A stretch of 64,000 bases of DNA from a virus. Made by a program: the position numbers and the translations under genes. This document shows, in pieces, positions 40,971 to 50,095 of this stretch (position 1 is the stretch's first letter; each line of letters begins with the position of its first letter). Location: positions 1 through 64,000 of IMG/VR virus record IMGVR_UViG_3300025012_000055. The stretch is one strand, 5' to 3'. The notes beneath the pieces were generated by a model. That model was not told the origin of the DNA. It did no database searches and saw only the letters and a list, made by a program, of their open reading frames with translations.

Positions 40971-41309
40971 ATGAATAAAAAACAAATAAAAAAAATTATA
41001 GAAAAAATAAATATTGATAATTGGAATAACTGGGATTTAAAATCTGGTAAAATTTTAACTCGATTTAATCCTTTTTATTTTGATAATAATAATGTTAAAA
41101 ATAGAATAGTAATCCTTACAGAATTAATAGGAAATTGGGAAAAATTATTAAATTCTAAAAAATATATAAAGGAACAATTAGAAAATTATTTAAAAGAGAT
41201 TATTATAAAAAAATACTTTAAAAATAATGAAAAAATTACAATAAAATATGAACATGATATTCATTTTACGGATATAAGTAACAACAAAGAAATAAATGAA
41301 CAAGAATAA
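40971..41309 (+). CDS. hypothetical protein
   Basis: ORF in operon. Confidence 0.65.
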   Translation: MNKKQIKKIIEKINIDNWNNWDLKSGKILTRFNPFYFDNNNVKNRIVILTELIGNWEKLLNSKKYIKEQLENYLKEIIIKKYFKNNEKITIKYEHDIHFTDISNNKEINEQE

Positions 41310-41883
41310 AAAATATAATTCATCAGAAATAAATGTTTTTTTCAGCTCTGATTTTCACCACAGTCATGTAAACATAGTTAAAGGAACAACTGTTTGGCCA
41401 GATACCTCTAGTTGCAGAAATTTTAATAGTATTCAAGAAATGAACCAAACAATTATTAATGGAATAAATAATAAAGTTGGAGAAAATGATATTTTATATA
41501 ATTTAGGGGATTGGTCATTTGGACATCCATCGAATATTCAATATTTCAGAAATCAAATTATCTGTAAAAATATTCATCTAATATTGGGGAATCATGACAA
41601 ATATATAAGAAAAAATAAAGATGATATTCAAAATATATTTTCTTCTGTTCAGAATTATGCAGAAATACAAATTGATAATCAAAGAATAATATTATTTCAT
41701 TATCCCATTGTTAGTTGGGCAGGAATGAAAAGGGAAACAATTCACCTATTCGGACACGTTCATTCAAAATATCAAGGACAAGGAAAATCCTTGGACGTTG
41801 GAATTGATAATTATTATAAATTATTTGGTACTTATGAGCCTTTCTCATATAAAGAAATTTTAAAAATAACTGAAAATAAATAA
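41296..41883 (+). CDS. calcineurin-like metallophosphoesterase
   Basis: SDFH, LGD, GNHD, HYP, GHVH. Confidence 0.92.
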   Translation: MNKNKKYNSSEINVFFSSDFHHSHVNIVKGTTVWPDTSSCRNFNSIQEMNQTIINGINNKVGENDILYNLGDWSFGHPSNIQYFRNQIICKNIHLILGNHDKYIRKNKDDIQNIFSSVQNYAEIQIDNQRIILFHYPIVSWAGMKRETIHLFGHVHSKYQGQGKSLDVGIDNYYKLFGTYEPFSYKEILKITENK

Positions 41884-41888
41884 CAAAA

Positions 41889-42098
41889 ATGGCTTATACA
41901 AAACAAGATATTAAAGATTTTCTTGAAGATTACATATATGATAAGGGAGTTATTATTAATCATTTACCTAAAATGGATTATAAAGATAAAATTATTGAAG
42001 ATTGGCTTGAATTTGAAGATATCTGGGAAATATCCAAAATAACAAGAAAAACACCAACCCAAATTGTTAGTATATTAAAAAATTGTGGGATATATTGA
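41889..42098 (+). CDS. hypothetical protein
   Basis: ORF in operon. Confidence 0.6.
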   Translation: MAYTKQDIKDFLEDYIYDKGVIINHLPKMDYKDKIIEDWLEFEDIWEISKITRKTPTQIVSILKNCGIY

Positions 42099-42119
42099 AA
42101 AAAAATAATTCACTTTTTA

Positions 42120-42151
42120 TTTGGATATGTCATTTATTTTACTTACCTTTG
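42120..42151 (+). promoter_or_regulatory. sigma-A early promoter
   Basis: TTTG-N20-TACCTTTG. Confidence 0.8.
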
Positions 42152-42182
42152 TATTATTAAAATATATTAAAACTTAAAAACA

Positions 42183-42557
42183 ATGAAAAAATTAATAATA
42201 TTCTTACTTGTTATTTTAACATTAAATGTTAATGCACAAACATTTTATAACAAATATACAAGTTTTAATCCATATAATGGCCAATCTCAAACATATAATA
42301 ATAAAGAAAGAAATGATGATAATGATGGAAGGGATAGAAGATTTGAACTTGGAATTATTATTATGGGTGTTGGCCTAGTTACAATGTTAGCAGCAACATA
42401 TTCTTACACTTCCTACAGTTATAATCAAAATTATTATAATTATGGATATAGTTATGCAAGAGAAACTGATAGATATGTGTTTTTTACTGGTGTTGGATTA
42501 TCTGTAACAGGCTTAACTATTTCTTTAGCTAATAGTGGGAAAAAATCAAGAAGATAA
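42183..42557 (+). CDS. secreted/membrane protein
   Basis: Signal peptide and two hydrophobic segments. Confidence 0.75.
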   Translation: MKKLIIFLLVILTLNVNAQTFYNKYTSFNPYNGQSQTYNNKERNDDNDGRDRRFELGIIIMGVGLVTMLAATYSYTSYSYNQNYYNYGYSYARETDRYVFFTGVGLSVTGLTISLANSGKKSRR

Positions 42558-42605
42558 CAACTGACCTGTTGGAAGAACATTTAAAATTGAAGGGAGTAAC
42601 AACTA
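42543..42605 (+). repeat. 63-bp exact direct repeat of 49978..50040 containing a solitary 36-nt CRISPR-like repeat (42568-42603)
   Basis: Direct sequence comparison. Confidence 0.9.
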
Positions 42606-42621
42606 AATAAATTAAAATATC

Positions 42622-44610
42622 ATGTCTTGGTTTAATAAACAATTTGGAAATATGGAAACATCATTTGGTGAAAGAACCAAATCAACAAAAGGAAACAAAG
42701 GAACAAGTTTTTGGGGAAAAAGATTATTTGATTTTAATAATAATGATAAAGAACCCACAATTCTTGAAAGAACTAAACTTCTTAAATCTGTAAGAAATTT
42801 TGTTAAAATATTAACTGGAAAGGATATTCCTGTTAGATATTCTTCTGAAGGGGAGGATAAAAGTTTTACTGATAGTAAAACAATTACTATTTCTGGAAAT
42901 GTATCAAAAGAATTTGATGCTACCTGTGGACTAGCAATGCATGAAGGAACTCATATTGTTTTAACTGATTTTGAAATTTTACATCAAATAATGGATGAAA
43001 AACAAAGGAAACAATTATTAGATAAAAAATATTTGAATTATATTGGGTTAATTAAAGATTTGTTAAATATTATAGAGGACAGAAGAATTGACGATTGGCA
43101 ATATAAAGAATCCCCAGGATATAAAATATATTATCAGGAAATGTATAAGAAATATTTTGAATCAGATAAAATTAATGAATTAATAAACAACAAATTTGTA
43201 GTTTGTGAAGAAACAAAACAAAAAATAGATTTAACTGAAGAAACGGTACAAAACTATATGTTTTATGTTATCAATATAACTAACCCAAAAGTTAAAATGA
43301 ATGAATTAAAAGGACTTCCAGAAATATGGAAATTAGTTGATATTAAAAATATTGATAGACTGGGTGATAATAAAAAAGGAACTAAAAAGGCATTGGGTGT
43401 TGCACTTAAAATTTTTGATATTATTGAAAAATATGTTACAAAAGAAGATATGAAAAAAAATGAGGGTGATAAAAGTAAAGATAATGAACCAATTGAATAT
43501 GATGGGCCATTAAAAGATTTAAAATCAGGAAATGGTAAAGGAGGAAAACTTGTTAAATTGGGACCAAATGCACTTAAAGAACTACAGAATTTATTAAAAA
43601 AACAAAAAGATTTTTTAAAAAGTTTGGTTAAAAAACAAAAAGTTGATTCTGAAACAAATAATAAAATTAATGTTTTAATAGAATCAGATACAGAAGAAAT
43701 TGAAATAAAAAAACAACAAGATAGAGAATCCAATGATGGGGAACACAAAGTTATTACTGTCAATAACATTACAATGAATACAATCCAATCAAACATATAT
43801 AAAATATTTAATTATTATAATTCTTATCAGGATGAAAATGTTAATCGGGGGATAATGCTTGGAACCATGCTGGGGAAAAAACTTCAAACAAGGCAAGAAG
43901 AAAGAACTTTAATAACACCCAGATTAAATATCGGGAAAATTGATAAAAGAAGATTATCAAATTGCGGTTATGGTTCAGATGATATATTTTTTACCAAAAC
44001 TACAGATAAATATGGAGATATATCAGTTCATATTTCATTAGATTTAAGTGGTTCAATGACTGGTAATAAATGGACAAATACAATGATTTCTGCTATTGCT
44101 ATTGCAAAAGCAGCATCAATGACAAAAGGAATAAGAGTTCAAATATCATTGAGATATTCTGATGGTATTAATGATAACCAACCTGAGCAAGCAATTGTTA
44201 TTAATTTTTATGACTCAAAAATTGATAGTCCTAATAAATTGAAATGGTTTAAATATGTTTCACCTCATGGTTGTACTCCAGAAGGATTATGTTATGAGGC
44301 ACTTATGACTAAAATTATGAAACCACTTTTAAATAAAAATTCTTTATTTATTAATTATTCTGATGGATATCCTGGAATGTGTACTATGGGAACACAAGAG
44401 GGAATAATAATTACAAAACAAGCAGTTAATAAAATAAGAAATTCTGGGGTTGAAATACTGTCTTTCTTTATTAATGAAAATGGTTTAGATGATATGAATT
44501 CATTTAAAGAAATGTATGGAAAAGGTACAACAAATATTAATGTTACAAGTTTAATACCGTTAGCAAAAGAATTAAATAAGAAATTTCTTCAAATGGGAAA
44601 ACTTAATTAA
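42622..44610 (+). CDS. HExxH metallopeptidase-like plus vWA domain protein
   Basis: HEGTH, NIIEDRRID; MIDAS DLSGS, T and SDG. Confidence 0.85.
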   Translation: MSWFNKQFGNMETSFGERTKSTKGNKGTSFWGKRLFDFNNNDKEPTILERTKLLKSVRNFVKILTGKDIPVRYSSEGEDKSFTDSKTITISGNVSKEFDATCGLAMHEGTHIVLTDFEILHQIMDEKQRKQLLDKKYLNYIGLIKDLLNIIEDRRIDDWQYKESPGYKIYYQEMYKKYFESDKINELINNKFVVCEETKQKIDLTEETVQNYMFYVINITNPKVKMNELKGLPEIWKLVDIKNIDRLGDNKKGTKKALGVALKIFDIIEKYVTKEDMKKNEGDKSKDNEPIEYDGPLKDLKSGNGKGGKLVKLGPNALKELQNLLKKQKDFLKSLVKKQKVDSETNNKINVLIESDTEEIEIKKQQDRESNDGEHKVITVNNITMNTIQSNIYKIFNYYNSYQDENVNRGIMLGTMLGKKLQTRQEERTLITPRLNIGKIDKRRLSNCGYGSDDIFFTKTTDKYGDISVHISLDLSGSMTGNKWTNTMISAIAIAKAASMTKGIRVQISLRYSDGINDNQPEQAIVINFYDSKIDSPNKLKWFKYVSPHGCTPEGLCYEALMTKIMKPLLNKNSLFINYSDGYPGMCTMGTQEGIIITKQAVNKIRNSGVEILSFFINENGLDDMNSFKEMYGKGTTNINVTSLIPLAKELNKKFLQMGKLN

Positions 44611-44622
44611 TTATTTTTAATA

Positions 44623-45063
44623 ATGAATAAAAAAATAAGAAATTATAAACCTGGAGATAAAGTTATCATTTTAAAAAATAATTATTGTAATCATAAGGTG
44701 GGAGATGTTGGATTTATCATAATGCAAAATCCAAATCCGGGTTTTAATAATTGTTGGGTTGTTGATGTAAAAAGAAAAATAAGTATATCTGGAAACTGGA
44801 CACCTTATGTTTCCTATTTAGATGAAAATATTGAATATTATTATGAAAAACCATTAAAAGAATTAAGAAATAAAATATATAATGATTATTATAACACTTT
44901 ATTTTTGGCTAAGGGAATTAAAATAAATAAAGATGTTTATGGAACAATAAGTAATTTTATTAATAAAGAAGAAACTTTAACAAATGAAGAGATTAAACAA
45001 TGTGCATTAATTTGGGAAAAATATAATAAAAATTATGAAAAAATCAAAAAAAATAAAAAGTGA
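44623..45063 (+). CDS. hypothetical protein; paralog of 39691..40062
   Basis: Shared termini. Confidence 0.75.
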   Translation: MNKKIRNYKPGDKVIILKNNYCNHKVGDVGFIIMQNPNPGFNNCWVVDVKRKISISGNWTPYVSYLDENIEYYYEKPLKELRNKIYNDYYNTLFLAKGIKINKDVYGTISNFINKEETLTNEEIKQCALIWEKYNKNYEKIKKNKK

Positions 45064-45196
45064 AAAAGAGCCAATGGAAGAAATTCCAGTCATAAATCTT
45101 GATGAAATTGAAATTAATGAAGAAAAAGAAACCAAACAAGAAGATAATAATGATAATAATATTTCAGAAAATAATCCATTTGTTAGCAATAATTAA
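45035..45196 (+). CDS. 53-aa acidic peptide ending ENNPFVSNN (not in ORF track)
   Basis: ATG 45035 to TAA 45196; tail motif shared with neighbours. Confidence 0.6.
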   Translation: MKKSKKIKSEKEPMEEIPVINLDEIEINEEKETKQEDNNDNNISENNPFVSNN

Positions 45197-45203
45197 TTTT
45201 TTA

Positions 45204-45235
45204 TTTGGATATGTCAATTATTTTACTTACTTTTG
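45204..45235 (+). promoter_or_regulatory. sigma-A early promoter
   Basis: TTTG-N20-TACTTTTG. Confidence 0.8.
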
Positions 45236-45273
45236 TATTCTAATTAATAACTTAATTTATTAACTTAAAAAAA

Positions 45274-46503
45274 ATGAAAAAATTAAAAAAAGAAATGGAA
45301 AATCCACCCCAATTAACCAAAACTAAAAAACAAGTTCCAGAAACTAAAAATACTTATCAACCAATTGAAGGTGATATTATTAAAGTAACAAAACAAGATG
45401 ATGGTAGAGTTTATTTTGCAAGCATTGTTGGAACAAATAGTGATGTTACTGACCATATTGATTTAGATATTAGAAAACAATCATATGAAAAAGGAAAGAA
45501 TATTATTTTTGAAAACGGAGAATATCAATTAGTTGATAAAGATTATGTACCACAAATACCAGAAAATCAAATATTTGATATGAGTTTTGTACATAACAGT
45601 TATAAATATAAACCTAAAAAGCTTTTTATTAATGAATTAAAATGGAAATATCTTATAAGAAATATACTTAAGTCAAAGAATATTATTATGACTGGCCTCT
45701 CCGGTTCAGGAAAAACTATAAGTGCTTTTCATGCTGCCAGTACTTTAAAAAGAAAATTATTTAATATTCCTTTAGGTTCTACGCAGGACCCACGGGCAGC
45801 ACTTATTGGAAATACTTTTTATAACAAAGAAAAAGGAACATTTTTTAATGAAAGCACATTTGTTCAGGCAATTCAAACAGAAAATGCTGTTATTCTCTTG
45901 GAAGAATTATCAAGAGCACATCCTGAAGCATGGAATATTCTTATGCCTGTCTTGGACAAAGAACAAAACTTTTTAAAATTGGACGAAGCAGAAGGGCAGC
46001 CAGTAATTAAAGTTGCAAAGGGGGTTTCTTTTATTGCTACTGCAAATGTTGGAAGTGAATATACTTCAACAAGAGTATTTGATAGAGCACTATCTGACAG
46101 GTTTACAACTATTGAAATGGATGTACTTAACAAGGATGAAGAAGTTGAATTACTTACAATGTTATATCCAGATATTAATAAAAAAACAATTGAAGCCCTT
46201 GCTAAAATAACACATGAAACAAGAAAAGATCAAGAATCAGAATCCCCCAAATTAAACACTGCAATTAGTACACGAATGTCAGTTGAAATGGGAGAAATTA
46301 TTAATGATGGATTTTCATTACTGGAAGCAATGGAAGTATGTGTTCTTCCGTTTTATAATTTATCTGGGGGCGCAGAATCAGAAAGAGAGTACATTATGCA
46401 ACTCATTCAGAAACATTTGCCTAATGATGAAGATGATAAAGAATTAGTTGGTGATAAAAATGATGAACGAGAGAATGAAAATCCATTTACTACTAATAAT
46501 TAA
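45274..46503 (+). CDS. MoxR/CbbQ/NirQ-type AAA+ ATPase
   Basis: GLSGSGKT, ILLEELSRA, ATAN, DRALSDRF, STR. Confidence 0.9.
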   Translation: MKKLKKEMENPPQLTKTKKQVPETKNTYQPIEGDIIKVTKQDDGRVYFASIVGTNSDVTDHIDLDIRKQSYEKGKNIIFENGEYQLVDKDYVPQIPENQIFDMSFVHNSYKYKPKKLFINELKWKYLIRNILKSKNIIMTGLSGSGKTISAFHAASTLKRKLFNIPLGSTQDPRAALIGNTFYNKEKGTFFNESTFVQAIQTENAVILLEELSRAHPEAWNILMPVLDKEQNFLKLDEAEGQPVIKVAKGVSFIATANVGSEYTSTRVFDRALSDRFTTIEMDVLNKDEEVELLTMLYPDINKKTIEALAKITHETRKDQESESPKLNTAISTRMSVEMGEIINDGFSLLEAMEVCVLPFYNLSGGAESEREYIMQLIQKHLPNDEDDKELVGDKNDERENENPFTTNN

Positions 46504-46530
46504 ATTATTAATATTTTAAAAAAAAATAAA

Positions 46531-46731
46531 ATGAAAAAAGCTAAAAGATATTTTCCCTTTGATAATCAAAAATTATCTAAATGTCATAATGTTCCTTTTA
46601 TTGAGGGAACAAATTTATGTATTTTCTGTAAAAAACCTTCTCTTACAGTAATATCAGAAAAAAAGGAAGAAATCGTAGATTTAAAAAGGGATAATATTTC
46701 AAAAGAAAATCCTTTTGCTAAAAATAACTAA
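46531..46731 (+). CDS. small zinc-binding protein ending ENPFAKNN
   Basis: SKCH..CIFC. Confidence 0.65.
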   Translation: MKKAKRYFPFDNQKLSKCHNVPFIEGTNLCIFCKKPSLTVISEKKEEIVDLKRDNISKENPFAKNN

Positions 46732-46740
46732 ATGTGAAAA

Positions 46741-47043
46741 ATGACAACGGAGATACAAATTATAAAAGAACTTAATGTAATTTTTTATAAAAGAGGATGG
46801 AAATTATTGCCCCCAGATAATATCTATCAGAATGATAGTGAGCTTACATGGTATAAGGTTATTCTCAGTGATGTTTATTTAGATAGAAGTTTTATACCTT
46901 ATAAAAAACATTTAAATAAATTTACAATTGAAGAATTAGATAATTACGTTGTTGAATTTATTAACCCAGTATGTAAAAAATATAAAATTGATAATATACA
47001 TTTTGCTGATGAAGGAAAACCAAATAGTATACAAATTAAATGA
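46741..47043 (+). CDS. hypothetical protein
   Basis: ORF in operon. Confidence 0.65.
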   Translation: MTTEIQIIKELNVIFYKRGWKLLPPDNIYQNDSELTWYKVILSDVYLDRSFIPYKKHLNKFTIEELDNYVVEFINPVCKKYKIDNIHFADEGKPNSIQIK

Positions 47044-47600
47044 AAAACATTAAAGTTTCTGATGAAACACATAAAGAATTAATTGAATGGGTTACTCATA
47101 AAGAAATAAAAATAATAGATATTATTGATAGTCTCATTAATACTGGGCTAATGACAGAAAAATATGGGCTATCTTTTTTTCAAACCATAATAAAGAAAGA
47201 AGGATTTGTTTCAAAAAACGAACTCAGTAATTTGGAATCTGATTTAAAAAAAGAATTTTTTGATAATGGGTATGACAAAGGACTTAAAATAGGAGAAGAA
47301 AATGGTTATAAAAAAGGTTATAAAGAATCACAAGAACTAAAAGATAAATTTGTTAGGCCCAAAAGTAAAAATAATAAAGAAGAAAATATAATAATAAAAG
47401 AAATTGTTAAGGAAAAAATTATTGAAAAAGAACCTTCTTTTGAAAACTTGTTATTATATTTTGGAAATAAGGATTTAACACATGAAGAACAAAGACAAGT
47501 TTCAGATTTTATAAGAATGTTTAGAATGAAATATGAGGATATTTATGGTGAAGAAAAAAATACAAGATTTGTTAGACTGGAACAAAAAAGGAAAAAATGA
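47040..47600 (+). CDS. hypothetical protein, RHH-like N-terminus and GxxxG repeats
   Basis: MKNIKVSDETHKEL; GYDKGLKIGEENGYKKGY. Confidence 0.65.
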   Translation: MKNIKVSDETHKELIEWVTHKEIKIIDIIDSLINTGLMTEKYGLSFFQTIIKKEGFVSKNELSNLESDLKKEFFDNGYDKGLKIGEENGYKKGYKESQELKDKFVRPKSKNNKEENIIIKEIVKEKIIEKEPSFENLLLYFGNKDLTHEEQRQVSDFIRMFRMKYEDIYGEEKNTRFVRLEQKRKK

Positions 47601-47914
47601 AAGAAATAGGGGAAGAAAAAATAAAGTTTAAAAGATTTGAAAATTGGTTAATAAAAAATTATACAAATTTTTTAGATAATAAAGAATATATGCTTAAAGT
47701 AAATCATTTTTATTGTACATATTCTGGTGTAGGTACTCATCTTAGGTTACTAACTAATATATTTCCAAAATGGAATGATTTATTAAAAAAATATAGACAT
47801 GAACAATTGATTGATTATTTTATGGGAGTGGTTAGAATAAAATTACCACAATTAAAAGGAACAAAATTGATATTCACATCAAATAAAGAAAAAGAAATAA
47901 ATGTAATAATTTAA
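47597..47914 (+). CDS. hypothetical protein
   Basis: ATGA-coupled ORF. Confidence 0.65.
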   Translation: MKEIGEEKIKFKRFENWLIKNYTNFLDNKEYMLKVNHFYCTYSGVGTHLRLLTNIFPKWNDLLKKYRHEQLIDYFMGVVRIKLPQLKGTKLIFTSNKEKEINVII

Positions 47915-47920
47915 AAATTA

Positions 47921-48943
47921 ATGAATAAAGACCCATATCAAATATTAGGACTTAATAAAGATGCATCACAAGATGAAATTAAAAAGGCTTTTAGAAAAAA
48001 AGCAATACAACATCACCCAGATAAGGGGGGGGATGAAGAAAAATTCAAAGAAATTAATTGGGCAAACTCAATTCTCTCTGATTCACAAAAAAAAGAACAA
48101 TATGATAACTTAGGTCATGTTGGAAAAGGACAAGAATTTGAGGGGTTTAATATGAATGATATATTTTCTCATTTTGAAAATATGTTTGGTTTCAGAAGAA
48201 ACAGGCAAGGATATAATAATCAAAATAAAGGTACTAATTTAAGAATTAAAATTAAAGTAAATTTAAAAGAAGTATTAGAAGGAACTCAGAGAAAAATTAA
48301 AATAAATAGACATGTTAAGTGTGATAGTTGTTCTGGAAGGGGTGGAACAGGGGAAATAACATGTTTAAATTGTAAAGGTTCTGGGCAACTAACAAATTCA
48401 CAAAGAACAGCATTTGGTATGTTCCAACAAACAATAATATGTTATATTTGTAATGGTTCTGGTAAAATAATTCAAAATAAATGTCATAATTGTTCTGGAG
48501 AAGGAATAATACCGAAACAAGAATATCTTGGAATAGAAATACCAAAAGGTGTGGAAGAAGGAATGCAATTAAATATGCCAGGATATGGGAATTGTGGGAA
48601 AAATAATGGTCCAAATGGAGATTTATTAATATTAATAGAAGAAGAAAAACATCCTCACTTAATAAGAGAAGGTTTAAATGTTATTTATAATTTAGATTTA
48701 AATTATGTTGATGCTTGTTTGGGATCAAATATTGAAATACCTACAATATTAAATAATACTAAAATTGATATTAAATCTGGAACACAACCTGGAAAAGTAT
48801 TAAAATTAAAAAGAAAAGGATTACCAAATATAAATAATTCTTATGAGGTTGGAGACCAATTAATAAACATAAACGTAATTATTCCAAACAATCTAAAATC
48901 TGAAGAAAAACATTTATTAGAACAAATAAAAGAATTAAAATAA
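47921..48943 (+). CDS. dnaJ: DnaJ chaperone
   Basis: J domain with HPD, four CxxCxGxG repeats, C-terminal domain. Confidence 0.96.
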   Translation: MNKDPYQILGLNKDASQDEIKKAFRKKAIQHHPDKGGDEEKFKEINWANSILSDSQKKEQYDNLGHVGKGQEFEGFNMNDIFSHFENMFGFRRNRQGYNNQNKGTNLRIKIKVNLKEVLEGTQRKIKINRHVKCDSCSGRGGTGEITCLNCKGSGQLTNSQRTAFGMFQQTIICYICNGSGKIIQNKCHNCSGEGIIPKQEYLGIEIPKGVEEGMQLNMPGYGNCGKNNGPNGDLLILIEEEKHPHLIREGLNVIYNLDLNYVDACLGSNIEIPTILNNTKIDIKSGTQPGKVLKLKRKGLPNINNSYEVGDQLININVIIPNNLKSEEKHLLEQIKELK

Positions 48944-48951
48944 ATAATTTA

Positions 48952-49407
48952 ATGAAAACTATTCTAAAAACAAAAAGACAAGAATTCATTGATATTTTAA
49001 ATAAAGAAGATATTCCTTATAAAATAACTCCCCCCTTTCGGGGGGTTATGAAAAACAATAAATCCTCCCCCTCGGGAGGTTATAAGATTATTATTGATGG
49101 TTCTTATATAAATTCTAAATTAATAACATATATTCCAGATAATGTTGAATTTAATAATAAAAGTTTTGTAAGTTTATCTTCTCTTAAAAAAATGGGAAAT
49201 AATATTAAGTTTAATAATAAGCATAATGTGTGGCTAATTTCAATTTTTTATTTTAATACATTTTCTGTTAATTTCACAAATAATATTCATGATGTATTTT
49301 TTGGAAAAGAAACATACTGGATGAATTTATTTCCTTATGAATTATATAATATTGGGGGAAATTTTCATATAATAAATAAAAAAAATGAATATAAAATAAT
49401 AAAATAA
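48952..49407 (+). CDS. repeat protein; paralog of 5368..5946 with an in-frame double-hairpin insert
   Basis: EFIDILN..SKLITYIPDNV..WMNxFPY shared. Confidence 0.75.
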   Translation: MKTILKTKRQEFIDILNKEDIPYKITPPFRGVMKNNKSSPSGGYKIIIDGSYINSKLITYIPDNVEFNNKSFVSLSSLKKMGNNIKFNNKHNVWLISIFYFNTFSVNFTNNIHDVFFGKETYWMNLFPYELYNIGGNFHIINKKNEYKIIK

Positions 49408-49454
49408 AAAAAACTATAAAATTAGAAGTCGGTAAAACATATAAAAATTATGGT

Positions 49455-49658
49455 GTGTATCTTGGAATTACCACAGTTTACGAATATAGTGGAAAAGTAC
49501 ATGAAGAACATAGATTTAGGTCTAATGAAACTGAAAATGATTTTGATGGATTTGATAATATTCCAGTGATTAAAGAAATCAGGACAGATGATGAAAAGAT
49601 ATTGAAGAGAATAGAACATGAAAATCAAATTAATTATAAAAAAAATCATTATAAATAA
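49455..49658 (+). CDS. hypothetical protein
   Basis: ORF; start uncertain. Confidence 0.5.
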   Translation: MYLGITTVYEYSGKVHEEHRFRSNETENDFDGFDNIPVIKEIRTDDEKILKRIEHENQINYKKNHYK

Positions 49659-49778
49659 ACGACCAGAAAAATGGGGTAGTGGATTATGGACAAAAAAACA
49701 TACAATATATCTTTTATTTGGAATATTTCCAATTTGGCATGATTATTATTATTATATTAAAAAAATAAATAATAAAAA

Positions 49779-50063
49779 ATGAAATCAAAAGAAGATTATT
49801 TTATTGAGTTATTAAAAGTTTTAAAACCAAAAACTCTTAATGAACATCCAGATTATATATTTTATGTTTATAAAGATAAACTTTATATTGAATATAATAA
49901 AAAAACTAACCATGCCTGGGTAGATTATAATAGAATATGGAAAATTTTTTCATCCAAATATCATTGTAATTCTCAGGAAATCAAGAAGATAACAACTGAC
50001 CTGTTGGAAGAACATTTAAAATTGAAGGGAGTAACAACTATGGGCTTTGTCCATATTTTCTGA
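49779..50063 (+). CDS. 94-aa protein whose 3' end overlaps a CRISPR-like unit
   Basis: LEEHLKLKGVTT is encoded by the repeat; the stop lies in the spacer. Confidence 0.75.
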   Translation: MKSKEDYFIELLKVLKPKTLNEHPDYIFYVYKDKLYIEYNKKTNHAWVDYNRIWKIFSSKYHCNSQEIKKITTDLLEEHLKLKGVTTMGFVHIF

Positions 50064-50091
50064 CTGCCGTTGGAAGAACATTTAAAATTGA
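50003..50091. CRISPR. mini CRISPR-like array: 36-nt repeat, 30-nt spacer, 23-nt partial repeat
   Basis: GTTGGAAGAACATTTAAAATTGAAGGGAGTAACAAC (50003-50038), spacer TATGGGCTTTGTCCATATTTTCTGACTGCC (50039-50068), GTTGGAAGAACATTTAAAATTGA (50069-50091); no cas gene in window. Confidence 0.6.
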
Positions 50092-50095
50092 TAAG

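Noticed and set aside
49978-50091. Diversity-generating retroelement TR/VR pair
   Set aside because: Copies are identical rather than differing at adenines, and no reverse transcriptase is in the window.
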